Positions 1-10,313 are shown, numbered from the stretch's first letter. The stretch: DNA of 64,000 nt from Candidatus Adlerbacteria bacterium (GCA_028286685.1 JAQBRA010000004.1:120300-184299); one strand, 5' to 3'. A program made the numbers and translations. The notes: generated from the letters alone by a model not told the origin.

Positions 1-38
1 GTGCATGGGAATATAGTACCGCCTCGCAGGCATAAAAA

Positions 39-72
39 GAACCCGCGCAAAAGCGCGGGTTCCTGCATTTTT
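39..72. terminator. Intrinsic terminator hairpin, GAACCCGCGC-AAAA-GCGCGGGTTC, followed by a T-run in minus sense and a weaker one in plus sense
   Basis: Perfect 10-bp inverted repeat at 39-62 followed by TTTTTT; lies downstream of the stop of the minus gene 86..460. Confidence 0.6.
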
Positions 73-85
73 TAGGCTCCAGCAG

Positions 86-460
86 TTAATTCTTCTGCGG
101 GGGATCGATCCAGGCAGCCCAAACGACTGCAGCATTCCGGCCGCCAATGACGGCAGAGTGCACTTCCCAACCCTTTTTCTGGAAGTGATGGTCTGCGGGA
201 CGATAGCGAGCTTCAGTGACGAGTTCTTCAAACTCAGCCGCCGCACGCTCGGCCGTCATGCGTGACGGGAGCCGTACCGCTTGTCCGTACGGGCCTTGGT
301 GGAGAATGCGACCGGAGCGATCATCGCCATGCACCGGCTCGAAATAAGTAAAGCGGCTCTCCGGGCCGGCGAGAACGGTTTTTAGGTATTCGGCCAGCGT
401 AGCGTAATCGCTGGTTTTCCCAATCACTTGGGTTTCTTTTGTCAGATCTGTGAGCTGCAC
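86..460 (-). CDS. Hypothetical protein (124 aa)
   Basis: Uninterrupted ORF followed by a terminator; no recognisable motif. Confidence 0.45.
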   Translation of the reverse strand: MQLTDLTKETQVIGKTSDYATLAEYLKTVLAGPESRFTYFEPVHGDDRSGRILHQGPYGQAVRLPSRMTAERAAAEFEELVTEARYRPADHHFQKKGWEVHSAVIGGRNAAVVWAAWIDPPQKN

Positions 461-783
461 GGCTATCTCCTATCTGCATATGGAAGAACGACTTGGCTTA
501 AGCTATATATTGAAATATAGGATACGTCAAGGGCATTGTGCAGCCCGGCTTCCACACACCGGCCAATACAAAAGTCACCCACGCAATTTATTTTCAGAAA
601 CAGAGTCGGGATGCCGAGAATCGAACTCGGATTTCGCCCACCCGAAGGGCGTATAATACCATTATAAGACATCCCGAAAACGCTCTACTACGCTCCAGAA
701 TATAGCAAGAAAAGCTCCCCTTTGCATCTATTCTATAAAAAGAAAGCGCCCCGCCGTAGCGGGACACTGTTGTTAGGGGAACA

Positions 784-1257
784 CTACGCATGCGTCCCGG
801 TTCCATTCTGCTTTAAGTCGGCAAACTTGGGCACTTGGAGCGGCCGCCAATTGGGTGGTATGGCATCCGGCAAGGACGTCGGTATGTTCCGATCCGGAAT
901 CTCGTAAGGGTCCTGGGGACGGAATTTAGACAGCATTGATGCCAGGAATTTCTGGACCTCTTTGTCCTTGTCGCCGCAGGCAAAGCAGCGCACCACGACC
1001 GTGCCGAACTCGGGCCACGTATGCACGTCGGCGCACGAGGCGCCGATGATTTGCACGGCAGTCACCCCTTCTCCGCCATCAGTAAACTTATGATGGGCGC
1101 CGGCAAGCGTAGGAATGCCGGCGTTTTGCAGGTATTCCTTTAATGATCTCGCGATAGCCCTCCCGCTTTTGAGCAACAGCAGGTCTCTGCAGTTGTAAAA
1201 ACCCCAGAGATGATCCCGTTCCGGGCGATCGGCGGTCGAGAACAAAGATGCAGCCAT
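784..1257 (-). CDS. S-adenosylmethionine decarboxylase proenzyme-like protein (SpeH family)
   Basis: Motif HKFTDGGEGVTAVQIIGASCADVHTWPEFG...CFACGD resembles the SpeH self-processing and pyruvoyl region (ESH.S.HTWPE...tCG). Confidence 0.55.
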   Translation of the reverse strand: MAASLFSTADRPERDHLWGFYNCRDLLLLKSGRAIARSLKEYLQNAGIPTLAGAHHKFTDGGEGVTAVQIIGASCADVHTWPEFGTVVVRCFACGDKDKEVQKFLASMLSKFRPQDPYEIPDRNIPTSLPDAIPPNWRPLQVPKFADLKQNGTGTHA

Positions 1258-1377
1258 TCCGTGATTCCCCTCGCTAAAGCAGAAGAAGATTGAACGAAAG
1301 AAAAGTCTGCGTTGCAGTATAAGACGCTGCGCTCAGATTGCAAGCTGGGGACGGCCAAAATCTGCTACCATAGGGCC

Positions 1378-1941
1378 ATGGATTCGCCTGCGCTCGTACT
1401 GCCCCCCTCGATCACGCTGGTCATCGCCCTCCTGGCAATCTTTCTCTCGTACCTGGTCGTCATCAAGTACACCGTGCGCAACAACTTTGCCCGTACCCGG
1501 CTTGGGATGACCTCGTTCTTTTTCTTTATCGTGGCAACGCTCTCCCTTTCCTTCTGGCAATACACGCTCCATACGCTCCCCTTTGCCGGGCCATTCTTTG
1601 CGCTCGGCGCCCTTATCGGCCACTTTGTCGGCGTGCGCGGCGCCGAGGAGCGCTTGAAGTCGGAAGGTCTCGCCCACTACCATGAGCACTTCGCCCACGT
1701 GCATGTGGGAGCGCTCAAGAACATGACTTGGTGGAGCGTCGTTAACTTCTACTCGGTCGCAGGAGCGCTCATGCTTATCAACTTGGTCGGCTTTAGTACC
1801 GTCATTGCCCGCAGCGAAGGGTTCGCTATTGCCACCAGCGCCGTGGGCGCATTCCTCCTGGGCACCATCGCACCCTACCTCGTTCACCTCTGGACTATCA
1901 GGGCGCAGCACCATCCCAACAGCACCACGAGCGACAGGTAA
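1378..1941 (+). CDS. Hypothetical polytopic membrane protein
   Basis: ATG at 1378 with several hydrophobic helices. It overlaps an antisense ORF 1333..1914, which I judge spurious. Confidence 0.45.
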   Translation: MDSPALVLPPSITLVIALLAIFLSYLVVIKYTVRNNFARTRLGMTSFFFFIVATLSLSFWQYTLHTLPFAGPFFALGALIGHFVGVRGAEERLKSEGLAHYHEHFAHVHVGALKNMTWWSVVNFYSVAGALMLINLVGFSTVIARSEGFAIATSAVGAFLLGTIAPYLVHLWTIRAQHHPNSTTSDR

Positions 1942-2588
1942 AACACCCAGCGCGCATATTTTTTCTGCTGTGCGCTGTAGCTGCCTTTCATAAACATCGG
2001 GATCTTTGCCGCGGCGTATTCTTCTCCCCTATATACGGCAATGGCTAGAAAGTGCGGGAGCTGCCAGAGGAATAAGAAAGCGAACATAAGCCATGCGGTG
2101 TAATCAATCACGCCCGCTGCGGCCGCATAGCCCACCAGGGGCGGCGTAGCGCCCGCTACAGCCCCTACAAAGAGGGCATAGGCGCTATGGTGCTTAAGAG
2201 GCGTATAGGCAAAGACGTACACTACAAAGCCAACCAGGGCCGCCAAGAGCACTGCGCCGTTAGTCGCATTCAGCAAAACCACGCCCAGCACAAGCAAGAC
2301 CGCGCTAAATATAAGCGCAGCCCGGGCAGAAATTCTCCCGCTCGGAAACGCGCGCTGCTTCGTGCGCTCCATGCGCGCGTCTATGTCGCGGTCGTAATAA
2401 TTATTAACAACGCACGCCGAGGCGATGACCAGCGCCAGGCCGCCAATCGCAGCGCCAAAGAGCATCCAGTTGATGCCGCTATGGCTGGCATAAATAAAAG
2501 CCGCCGCTGCCACCAGTATGTTGCCGTACACGATGCCGGGCTTGGTAAGCCGGTAGTACGTTTTAAGGGGGCCCTGGGTATCAGTCAT
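1884..2588 (-). CDS. cyoE: Protoheme IX farnesyltransferase (heme O synthase)
   Basis: Internal ATG at 2588 (MTDTQGPLKTYYRLTKPGIV..) overlaps the cyoD stop by 8 nt. UbiA-family polytopic protein, last gene of the cyo operon. Confidence 0.8.
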   Translation of the reverse strand: MTDTQGPLKTYYRLTKPGIVYGNILVAAAAFIYASHSGINWMLFGAAIGGLALVIASACVVNNYYDRDIDARMERTKQRAFPSGRISARAALIFSAVLLVLGVVLLNATNGAVLLAALVGFVVYVFAYTPLKHHSAYALFVGAVAGATPPLVGYAAAAGVIDYTAWLMFAFLFLWQLPHFLAIAVYRGEEYAAAKIPMFMKGSYSAQQKKYARWVFYLSLVVLLGWCCALIVQR

Positions 2589-2940
2589 TTGATGCTTCCG
2601 CACTGATAGTATTTTCAATAAACGGCAGCTGTGCTTGCTGCTCATGCCCCAGGTTCTGCATAATCCACAGCGTTCCTCCCACCAGTACCGCCGCAATAAA
2701 TACCGCAAAGCACAGCGCCATAACATTCCACCGCGGCTTTTCCTCATCGCCCACATGCAAAAAGAAATACAGCTGCACCAAAAGCTGGGTAAGCGCAAAG
2801 ATAACCAGTACCCAGGGCAGCTGGACATGCATTGAAGGACTGTGCTCTCCGGTTGTATGCAGCCACACGAACGCCGCAGGCACCAAAGTTAAGACCAGTG
2901 AGAGTGCAAATCCTATTATGTAGTGGGTTAGGGCGCGCAT
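2581..2940 (-). CDS. cyoD: Cytochrome o ubiquinol oxidase subunit IV
   Basis: 119 aa with 3 TM helices, positioned between cyoC and cyoE. Confidence 0.8.
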   Translation of the reverse strand: MRALTHYIIGFALSLVLTLVPAAFVWLHTTGEHSPSMHVQLPWVLVIFALTQLLVQLYFFLHVGDEEKPRWNVMALCFAVFIAAVLVGGTLWIMQNLGHEQQAQLPFIENTISAEASND

Positions 2941-3509
2941 TAGAGTGCTCCGAGCATATACACGATAGTAAAGATGAATATCCAGATGACGTCGAGGAAG
3001 TGCCAGAACAGCGCCAGGCAGGTCAGTTTGCGCAGCACGCCCTCAGTGAGGCCCTTAAAGGCGATGTGCGCCATAAGCACTACCATCCACAAGGACCCCA
3101 AGGCCACATGGAGCCCGTGCGTGCCCAACAGCGTAAAGAATGCGGAAAGGAACGCGCTCTTGTCGGGCCCTTGGCCCTCGCCAATGAGCGCAGCAAACTC
3201 ATGGACCTCCATCCCCAAGAAGCCAAGGCCCAAAGCCAGAGTTATAAGGAGCGCAGAAAGCGCCAGAGCGCGCTTGCCATGGCGCGCCGCCAAAAGCGCC
3301 AGGCCGATAGTAAAACTCGAGGCAAGCAGCAGCACCGACTCTACTGCTACAAACGGAATATCGACAATGTCTCCTATCCCGTAACCGCCAAATACCTGGC
3401 CCTGCAGCACTGCGTAGGTGGCAAAGAGCCCGGCAAACAGCACCGCATCGCTCATGAGATAGGCCCAGAAGCCGAAGGATACTTTGTCTGTAGTGTTGTG
3501 GTTGCTCAT
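2940..3509 (-). CDS. cyoC: Cytochrome o ubiquinol oxidase subunit III
   Basis: N-terminus [35 protein letters not shown] is typical of CyoC. Confidence 0.85.
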   Translation of the reverse strand: MSNHNTTDKVSFGFWAYLMSDAVLFAGLFATYAVLQGQVFGGYGIGDIVDIPFVAVESVLLLASSFTIGLALLAARHGKRALALSALLITLALGLGFLGMEVHEFAALIGEGQGPDKSAFLSAFFTLLGTHGLHVALGSLWMVVLMAHIAFKGLTEGVLRKLTCLALFWHFLDVIWIFIFTIVYMLGAL

Positions 3510-5419
3510 ACGGTTATTTTTTCCTCGATGTTCGTCTCAAACGACCGGGCAATAAGGCACGCGACGATCGCCGCTAGAGCAAGCGCCGCGAGCCACCAGA
3601 TGTGCCACACGGCCGCAAAGCCGAGCGCCAGGGCACATAGCGAAATAAGTACCCCCACAATAGTCTGCGTCGGCATTTCTATCTCGCCATGCGCCGGGCC
3701 TACCTCCATGCCGCCACCGTCCTCTTTATAGTTCCAGAACGCGTCGCGGCTATATATGTGCGGAATTGCGGCAAAGTTGTGCGCCGGAGGCGGCGAGGAC
3801 ACCGACCACTCCAGCGTGCGGCCGCCCCACGGGTCGTTGCCCGCCGGATTCTGCTTGCGGTCGCGGATGCTTACAAACAGCTGCAGGGCCTGCAGGAATA
3901 TTCCTGCGGCAATAATGCACAGCCCCACGGCCGCCACGATAAACAGCGGCTGCCACGAGGGATCGACCACATTAAGCCGGCGCGTGGCGCCCATGAGCCC
4001 CAGAGCATACAGCGGTACGAATGCGGTTAGGAATCCTATCAGCCAGCACCAGAACGCGTACTTGCCCAGGCGCTCGTTGAGCCTGAAGCCGAAGAGCTTG
4101 GGGAACCAGTAGGCAAAACCCGCAAAGAATCCGAACAGCACGCCGCCAATGATCATGTTGTGGAAGTGCGCCACCAAAAACAGCGAGTTGTGCACTTGAA
4201 AGTCGATGCCCGGAATAGACATCAAGACCCCGCTCATTCCACCGAGAATAAAGGTCGAGAGAAAGCCCATAAACCACAGCATCGGGGTCTCGAAGGTGAT
4301 GCGGCCGCGGAACATCGTAAAGAGCCAGTTGAACACCTTAACACCCGTCGGGATAGCAATGACCATGGTCATAATGCCGAAGAACGCGTTGACGTTGGCT
4401 GATGCGCCCATGGTAAAGAAGTGGTGCACCCATACCAAGAACGACAAGACCGCGATGCACATGGTCGCCACCACCATCGAGGTATAGCCAAAGAGCCTTT
4501 TGCGCGAGAATACCGGGACAATTTCGGAAAAGATGCCGAACGCCGGAAGTATCAGTATGTAGACCTCCGGGTGGCCCCACGCCCATATCAGGTTGACGTA
4601 CATCATGGCATTGCCGCCCAGCTCGGTCGTAAAGAAGTGCATGCCCAAGGTGCGATCTAGGCCCAAGAGCGCCAGAGTAACGGTGAGTATAGGGAAAGCA
4701 AAGACCACGAGGATCATCGAGGCCAGCGTGGTCCAGGCAAATATCGGCATGCGCATCATGGTCATGCCCGGCGCGCGCATTTTTATGATGGTCGCTATAA
4801 AGTTGATGCCGGCCAAAAGGGTGCCCACGCCCGCAATTTGCAGCGCCCATATGTAGTAGTCGACCCCCACCCCGGGGCTGTAGGCCAATTCCGAGAGCGG
4901 AGGGTATGCCAGCCAGCCGGTCGCGGCAAACTCCCCCACTACCAAAGAGAGGTTAATAAGCACCGCGCCCGCGACCGTAAGCCAGAACGAGAGCGAGTTA
5001 AGAAAGGGGTATGCCACGTCGCGCGCACCAATAAGTAGAGGGGTCGCCAGGTTTATAAGCGCAAACATAAACGGCATCGCCACAAAAAAGATCATGATGA
5101 CCCCGTGCGCGGTAAATATCTGGGCGTAATGGTCGGGGCTTAGGTAGCCCTCCGAGCCGGGCACCGCTATGGCCTGCTGCACGCGCATCATGGCAGCATC
5201 AACCGCTCCACGCAAAAGCATTACGCCCGCCAAAATAAAGTACATGACCGCGATCTTCTTGTGGTCTACGGTGGTCAGCCACTCGCGGTAAAACCACCCC
5301 CACAAACGGAAGTAGGTTAAAAGTGCCAGGGCACCCAATGCGCCGCCCACAATCATGAGCTGCGGGACCGTCTCAATGGGCCCGTGGAGGAATGCGCTTA
5401 AGGTAAGTTTTCCAAACAT
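3506..5419 (-). CDS. cyoB: Cytochrome o ubiquinol oxidase subunit I (heme-copper oxidase)
   Basis: 637 aa with N-terminus MFGKLTL...; carries heme-copper oxidase subunit I His ligands and the WFFGHPEVY-like motif WAWGHPEVY. Confidence 0.9.
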   Translation of the reverse strand: MFGKLTLSAFLHGPIETVPQLMIVGGALGALALLTYFRLWGWFYREWLTTVDHKKIAVMYFILAGVMLLRGAVDAAMMRVQQAIAVPGSEGYLSPDHYAQIFTAHGVIMIFFVAMPFMFALINLATPLLIGARDVAYPFLNSLSFWLTVAGAVLINLSLVVGEFAATGWLAYPPLSELAYSPGVGVDYYIWALQIAGVGTLLAGINFIATIIKMRAPGMTMMRMPIFAWTTLASMILVVFAFPILTVTLALLGLDRTLGMHFFTTELGGNAMMYVNLIWAWGHPEVYILILPAFGIFSEIVPVFSRKRLFGYTSMVVATMCIAVLSFLVWVHHFFTMGASANVNAFFGIMTMVIAIPTGVKVFNWLFTMFRGRITFETPMLWFMGFLSTFILGGMSGVLMSIPGIDFQVHNSLFLVAHFHNMIIGGVLFGFFAGFAYWFPKLFGFRLNERLGKYAFWCWLIGFLTAFVPLYALGLMGATRRLNVVDPSWQPLFIVAAVGLCIIAAGIFLQALQLFVSIRDRKQNPAGNDPWGGRTLEWSVSSPPPAHNFAAIPHIYSRDAFWNYKEDGGGMEVGPAHGEIEMPTQTIVGVLISLCALALGFAAVWHIWWLAALALAAIVACLIARSFETNIEEKITV

Positions 5420-5421
5420 AG

Positions 5422-6225
5422 TTAGTGGGAGTGCCCCGTCGGATTGTGCGCGTCCATAAACTGCATAAGGACCGAATCAAACAAGCCGGGCGCTATGGCC
5501 GCATAAAACGTCTGTGGGACGCTAGAGCTCGGTTCTACCAATTCCTTATACTTCTCCCACGAGAGTGTCTCCGGAGAGGCCTTGATGCGGCCCACCCAGG
5601 CGTCAAACTCTTCGGGCGTTACGGCCCAAGCGGTAAACTTCATTGTAGCAAAGCCCTCGCCGCTGTAGTTGGCCGAGGCGCCCGCGTACGCGCCCGGCTC
5701 GGTGGCCATCAGATTAAGCGCGGTTACCATGCCAGTCATGGCGTATATCTGCCCGCCCAGCTGCGGTATCCAAAACGAGTTCATTGGCGCATCGGACGTA
5801 ATTCTAAACTCCACCGGCCTGTTTACCGGCATGTGCAGGTAGTTAACGGTCGCTATCCCCTGCTCTGGGTATATAAAGAGCCACTTCCAGTCCAGGGCCA
5901 CTACCTGGATTATCAGCGGGTCGCCGCCGGCCAGGGGTTTGGGCGGATGCAGCTCGTGCGTGCTGCCCCACGTAAGCGCGCCCAAGACCAGCACCACTTC
6001 TAAAGGGATAACCCACCACACCAGCTCCTCCATGCGGCCATGCTCCCAGTTGGGGCTGTATTTGGCTTTTTTGTTTGAGGCGCGGTACTTGTAGGCAAAG
6101 AAAAACAGCAGGAAGTAGACCGGGATGGCGACAATGAGCATGAAGCCCAGCGCCTGGAACATGAGGCCGCGCTCGGCGAGCGCTATGACGCCCTTGGGGT
6201 CTAGGACGGGGAACAACTCAAGCAT
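5422..6225 (-). CDS. cyoA: Cytochrome o ubiquinol oxidase subunit II
   Basis: 267 aa with two N-terminal TM helices and a cupredoxin-like C-terminus lacking the CuA ligands; first gene of the cyoABCDE block. Confidence 0.85.
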   Translation of the reverse strand: MLELFPVLDPKGVIALAERGLMFQALGFMLIVAIPVYFLLFFFAYKYRASNKKAKYSPNWEHGRMEELVWWVIPLEVVLVLGALTWGSTHELHPPKPLAGGDPLIIQVVALDWKWLFIYPEQGIATVNYLHMPVNRPVEFRITSDAPMNSFWIPQLGGQIYAMTGMVTALNLMATEPGAYAGASANYSGEGFATMKFTAWAVTPEEFDAWVGRIKASPETLSWEKYKELVEPSSSVPQTFYAAIAPGLFDSVLMQFMDAHNPTGHSH

Positions 6226-6312
6226 TCAGATATTGTAGCGCGGAAAGAGAAAAGGCCCCGCCACACTGAAGTGGCTAAGGGACCTTTGTTTACGCTACAG
6301 ATTACAGTTGAA

Positions 6313-6672
6313 TTAGCCCTTCCCCAACAACCATGCTTCCAGTTGCTGAGAAGTGTAACCATCCACGAAAGTGGTCACATGCCCATAGAAGCGGATTTCC
6401 TCTACGAGCTGCTCCTCGAATGTCGCCTTGCCTTTGACATCGAAGCGCGTAAGGGATTCCTCCCTTTCGCACTTCGGGCATTTCACCGAAAGCCACTGTC
6501 GGTATTTGAAGCCGCCGACCCACCAACCGCCCACATGGTCACGATGTATGAGGGGCTGATCAGTCAGCGTTCCCCCGCAGCCACACTTCTTGAGGGAGTT
6601 CGAATACCATTCAAGGGTTGGTTTCCAAAAAGGGTGCCGTTCCTTCTTCGCCTCTACCATTGTCATCTCCAA
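6313..6672 (-). CDS. Hypothetical Cys-rich (zinc-ribbon-like) protein
   Basis: KCGCGG and KCPKCE motifs. Sits upstream of the cyo operon on the same strand, with an AT-rich promoter-like region at 6673-6740. Confidence 0.35.
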   Translation of the reverse strand: MEMTMVEAKKERHPFWKPTLEWYSNSLKKCGCGGTLTDQPLIHRDHVGGWWVGGFKYRQWLSVKCPKCEREESLTRFDVKGKATFEEQLVEEIRFYGHVTTFVDGYTSQQLEAWLLGKG

Positions 6673-6834
6673 TGCAAATTAACTACTGAAATTAGTATAT
6701 AATACTATATATTATATGTCAAGTATAGCTGGGTGTACGGAACAAACTAGCACGGCTAATAAACCACTCGCACGGAGACTAGAACAAAGTCTCTCGCAAG
6801 AGCAGCTGAAATGCGCCTAAAAATCTATGGAAAG

Positions 6835-7200
6835 CTAAAGGCCCAAAGAGACCGCGACGATAAAGCACAGAGATGCGAGTACGGGAGAGGCGGCGACCTC
6901 TACGGGCAGCAGGCGCGAGACTTGCTTCATCCGGGCAAACACAAGAGCCTCCACGCCCACGCACACGCCCAAATAGAGCGCGATATGCATTACTAAAGAG
7001 CTTGCGAGCAGCGTTGGGGAAAGTACGGCCAAAGCCGTGCCGGTCAGGACCTCGAAGGCGGCAATGCCGCCGAGCCACAGCGCCGCGCGGGCGTAAGAAT
7101 CCTCGCGCTTACGGACGACCGAGTAAAGGGCGTAGCCGATAGCCACTAGCGTGGCTATCGTTGCAAGCAAATGGAGCGCCAATATGGCTTGGTACAACAT
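6835..7200 (-). CDS. Hypothetical membrane protein (121 aa, 4 TM)
   Basis: Hydrophobic ORF; last GC-rich gene before the AT-rich island. Confidence 0.4.
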   Translation of the reverse strand: MLYQAILALHLLATIATLVAIGYALYSVVRKREDSYARAALWLGGIAAFEVLTGTALAVLSPTLLASSLVMHIALYLGVCVGVEALVFARMKQVSRLLPVEVAASPVLASLCFIVAVSLGL

Positions 7201-7299
7201 TGGGTAATTGTAGCATTAGATGATATACAAACCCTTCTGTTCAGATTGTTGAAAGTCGCCTTAGCTTGGGAACTCTGCACCTAACTACCGTAGCCTTTA

Positions 7300-7524
7300 T
7301 TATCGGCTATCTAAAATTTGCCAGGTATTTTGAGTGTTGTTTTGAATTTCATTCAGGTAATCCTCAAAACTATTTATGATTCTAGTCGTACTACTATCAA
7401 CCATATCGGCAGTATAAAAAGTGTTGTCTTTTATTTCCCCGAGCCTGACGTAGCACATAATCAGCAGTATCAGGACGGCTATTTGGAACCAGAACTCCTT
7501 AAAAAAGGCCAGGGCTTTGCTCAT
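7300..7524 (-). CDS. Small hypothetical membrane protein within the AT-rich island
   Basis: 74-aa ORF with one TM helix; AT-rich codon usage matches the island. Confidence 0.3.
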   Translation of the reverse strand: MSKALAFFKEFWFQIAVLILLIMCYVRLGEIKDNTFYTADMVDSSTTRIINSFEDYLNEIQNNTQNTWQILDSR

Positions 7525-7572
7525 GGGCCGATTATACCCCAGAAATATAAACTGCTAAGAACACGAATAATC

Positions 7573-8175
7573 TCAAAGATTGCCGCAATGGTTCCTTAAT
7601 TCTTGTTGAAATTTATTATAGTCTTCAGATCTTCCCTTTAAAGAGCCAATATTGAACCCTTCGACTAACGAAGAATATATTTCCTCGTCCAAGACAGTGA
7701 AATCTATTTCTCCTAAATCTCTCTTTCCTGCAATTATCTTAAGTATCCTATCTTTTGGCTGCAAATTAGAATGAGGAAGTTCTTCATGCCCTGCCAGATT
7801 AAAATAATTAACAACGGAATCTTTTTCCTTTATAAAAAGGTCCTCAAAATGAGGCTCGACTACAAGTGTGGCCACAGGAATTCCTGGTATCAAACTTTCA
7901 TTAGAGCGAATCCAGGAACTTATCTCAGTTTTTCTTTCAGGATATGTATCGACATCAGAATGTACGATCAAAATATCTGGACGATCTCCTTGCATAAGGG
8001 TACTAACAGCAGCTGCAAGTTTTGGATATACAGACCCTTTCGTTTCATAAGGTTTCTTAAAATCAACACTAAAACTCAGAGGAAACTGAATCTCGAAGGA
8101 GGAAATCGTGCGTTCAACGAGTATCTCGAGAGGCCTCGAGTCCAACCTGCCTTCGCAAATAATGCCGATCAGCAT
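7573..8175 (-). CDS. TOPRIM-like nuclease-domain protein (DUF4276-like), partner of the upstream AAA_21 ATPase
   Basis: N-terminal IGIICEGRLD (conserved Glu) and HSDVDTY (DxD) resemble the TOPRIM catalytic motifs. Its start overlaps the stop of the ATPase gene (8175/8179), so the two are translationally coupled. Confidence 0.55.
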   Translation of the reverse strand: MLIGIICEGRLDSRPLEILVERTISSFEIQFPLSFSVDFKKPYETKGSVYPKLAAAVSTLMQGDRPDILIVHSDVDTYPERKTEISSWIRSNESLIPGIPVATLVVEPHFEDLFIKEKDSVVNYFNLAGHEELPHSNLQPKDRILKIIAGKRDLGEIDFTVLDEEIYSSLVEGFNIGSLKGRSEDYNKFQQELRNHCGNL

Positions 8176-8178
8176 AAA

Positions 8179-9297
8179 CTATTTTGAATACCGAGCTTGT
8201 AAGTACTCACTTAAGTCTCCGCCTTCTGCAAGTACTTTCGTGACTTGTGATATTTGCTCGGAATCTTTTAGACCAGTGAATCGACTACCTTTTATTGGAT
8301 CTTTTCCCACATAAATAACATCCTGCGGCCTAACTTTATTAATTATGGCGGTACTGTGAGTCGAGAAAACAAATTGTTTATTTGTTGTTCGAGAAATATT
8401 ATCAACAAAATTAATAATTTTTAGAATTCGTTCAGGATGTATGCCATTTTCTATTTCATCAAAGACAAAAGTGGAATAGTCATCACTAATAACCCCGGCG
8501 GCTAAATAGTAGAGTGTTCTTAAGTCTCCATGAGAAATAGCCTTAAACGACAATCTCCCTCGCATATTTTTTTCCGTAAATAATACAACATACTCATCAA
8601 TGCCTGCTAACTGAGTCGTGTTTGCGGGTGCAACAATATGCTCGAAAGAGTTCAAAGAAGGCAAGAGTTTTTTGGTCATTACCATAAACTTCTCATATTT
8701 CTCAGGAACCTTTGTTATCCTGTAAATTAAATCTTCAACCTTTTCAACCAGTACAGAAAGATCAATTACTGGTACATAAGTCTTACCTAATATCGATCGA
8801 ACTTTTTGAGCATCAGGATTTTTATACTGAGAAATTGCCGTTTGGTAATCACTAATAAGGAGAGGGATTGCTTTACTTTCAGAATTTAATAATTCACTAT
8901 TATTCCTAATAAAAACCTCCCGTGATTCTCCCGTAGGATCACTTGCAGTTAATTTCTCGTAAACAACTACCAGCTCTAGATTGTTGTCAGCTTTTTTTTG
9001 TGCAGAAACTCGAAACTCGTACACATATTCATTTTCATCACCATTAACAAGAGTGATTTTTATATCAAAAGTATCAGAGCTTGAGTTTCTGTAAAAAGCT
9101 TCTCCAGGTGTTTTAGTAAATTTTTTTACAGCATCATTAACATTGAGACTTGCAACTAGATCCTTTGTAAGCGAAATGGCCGTTATAAGATTGCTTTTCC
9201 CAACGCCATTATTGCCTACAATTATGGAAAATCGGTCAAGGTCAACTGACTCGTTTTCTATACTTTTGAAGTTCTTAATGTGGATGTTTTTTATCAT
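8179..9297 (-). CDS. AAA_21/ABC-type ATPase (OLD/PARIS AriA-like family)
   Basis: Walker A VGNNGVGKSNL, ABC-signature-like SHGDLRTL, Walker B FVFDEIENGIHP and H-loop FSTHS. Confidence 0.75.
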   Translation of the reverse strand: MIKNIHIKNFKSIENESVDLDRFSIIVGNNGVGKSNLITAISLTKDLVASLNVNDAVKKFTKTPGEAFYRNSSSDTFDIKITLVNGDENEYVYEFRVSAQKKADNNLELVVVYEKLTASDPTGESREVFIRNNSELLNSESKAIPLLISDYQTAISQYKNPDAQKVRSILGKTYVPVIDLSVLVEKVEDLIYRITKVPEKYEKFMVMTKKLLPSLNSFEHIVAPANTTQLAGIDEYVVLFTEKNMRGRLSFKAISHGDLRTLYYLAAGVISDDYSTFVFDEIENGIHPERILKIINFVDNISRTTNKQFVFSTHSTAIINKVRPQDVIYVGKDPIKGSRFTGLKDSEQISQVTKVLAEGGDLSEYLQARYSK

Positions 9298-9483
9298 TGA
9301 TGCCTGAAGTATACCTCAAAAGAGTATAAAGTCTTTATGAATAAACTTGTCTATACGCCTCGCGCTTTCCGGCCTCCACCATGTGGGTCACGGATAACTT
9401 TTCGCCGTCGCTACAAAGTTTCCGCTACCCCACCTCACGACCTCGCCTGCTGGCTCGGTAACGTTCCGGTTGTCCACCATACT

Positions 9484-9504
9484 GAAAAATCCGCCTCAAG
9501 GCGG
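9484..9504 (-). terminator. Intrinsic terminator downstream of tRNA-Ala
   Basis: Hairpin CCGCCTCAAGGCGG followed by ATTTTT in minus sense. Confidence 0.55.
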
Positions 9505-9516
9505 ATGTTTTCATGT

Positions 9517-9592
9517 TGGTGGACCCTACCGGGATCGAACCGGTCACCTCCTCATTGCAAATGAGGCGCTCTACCAGATGAGCTAAGGGCCC
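9517..9592 (-). tRNA. tRNA-Ala (anticodon TGC) with encoded CCA
   Basis: Minus-sense GGGCCCTTAGCTCATCTGGTAGAGCGCCTCATTTGCAATGAGGAGGTGACCGGTTCGATCCCGGTAGGGTCCACCA. Has the G3:U70 identity pair, anticodon loop TT-TGC-AA and T-loop GGTTCGATCC. Confidence 0.9.
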
Positions 9593-9740
9593 AAGCGAGG
9601 TCCCCAAAAACAAGCTCGCTTGTATTTGGGCCGAGCGCCGGGCCAGTAAGCTTTCGCTCAAGGACCCAAACGCTACCTATATAGATATAGCATAAAACCT
9701 TTCCGGCGTCTCTAGGGGCCATTTTGCTATACTGGGGCTC

Positions 9741-10202
9741 ATGCTTCAACTTATGCGCTCGGTGCGGGAGCTGCGCCAGTCTGGCCAGCTCCATAGGGCC
9801 CTTATTACCCGCCTGGTCATGTTCGCCGTTATCTCCCTTATTCTCCTGGGCTTTGTAGGCTTCCAGATAGCCCAAGGCACCGCCGACTGGCGCCTAGTTT
9901 TGCCGCTTGCCCTGGTCGGATTCGGCCTCGGGGTTACCGTATTTGCCCGCATGGGCAAGGCTGTATGGGACGAAGAAACCGAAATGGTTATCGCCACCAA
10001 AATGGATCGCTGGGGCTTCCTGGTTTTGGCGCTCTATATCGCCTTTGAAGTCGGCCTGCGCACCGAACTGCCCCGCCTTTTCCCTGCGGTTGCCAGCACG
10101 CTCCCGCTCCTTTTGGCGGCAATCTTTGGCACAATATTCGGCCGTTTTGTCGGCATGCTCCGGGAAATATTACGGGCGCACAAAGGACGAGAAAATTACT
10201 GA
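9741..10202 (+). CDS. Hypothetical membrane protein (153 aa)
   Basis: Four predicted TM segments; clean ORF on the plus strand. Confidence 0.45.
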   Translation: MLQLMRSVRELRQSGQLHRALITRLVMFAVISLILLGFVGFQIAQGTADWRLVLPLALVGFGLGVTVFARMGKAVWDEETEMVIATKMDRWGFLVLALYIAFEVGLRTELPRLFPAVASTLPLLLAAIFGTIFGRFVGMLREILRAHKGRENY

Positions 10203-10313
10203 TTTTATCGCCTTGTGCGAGCCGGAGCGATGTTTTGCACTGGCAAAACCGCGAGGCGGGGTCGAGCGCAGATTTGCTGACGAGCAAATCTGACGGGTGA
10301 CCACAAAGAACAA

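Noticed and set aside
1333-1914. 193-aa minus ORF overlapping the plus-strand membrane protein gene
   Set aside because: Its composition is charged and low-complexity, whereas the plus-strand frame gives a coherent multi-TM protein. It is kept as spurious.
7201-9340. Direct-repeat copy of the tRNA-Ala 3' end marking the far edge of the AT-rich island
   Set aside because: Only weak partial matches (for example CACCTAACTACCGTAGCC) were found by eye. No convincing attL/attR pair was seen, so the island limits rest on GC shift alone.
9425-9661. 78-aa minus-strand ORF (..GPLAHLVERLICNEEVTGSIPVGST..)
   Set aside because: It is the in-frame translation of tRNA-Ala (9517-9592), not a protein gene.
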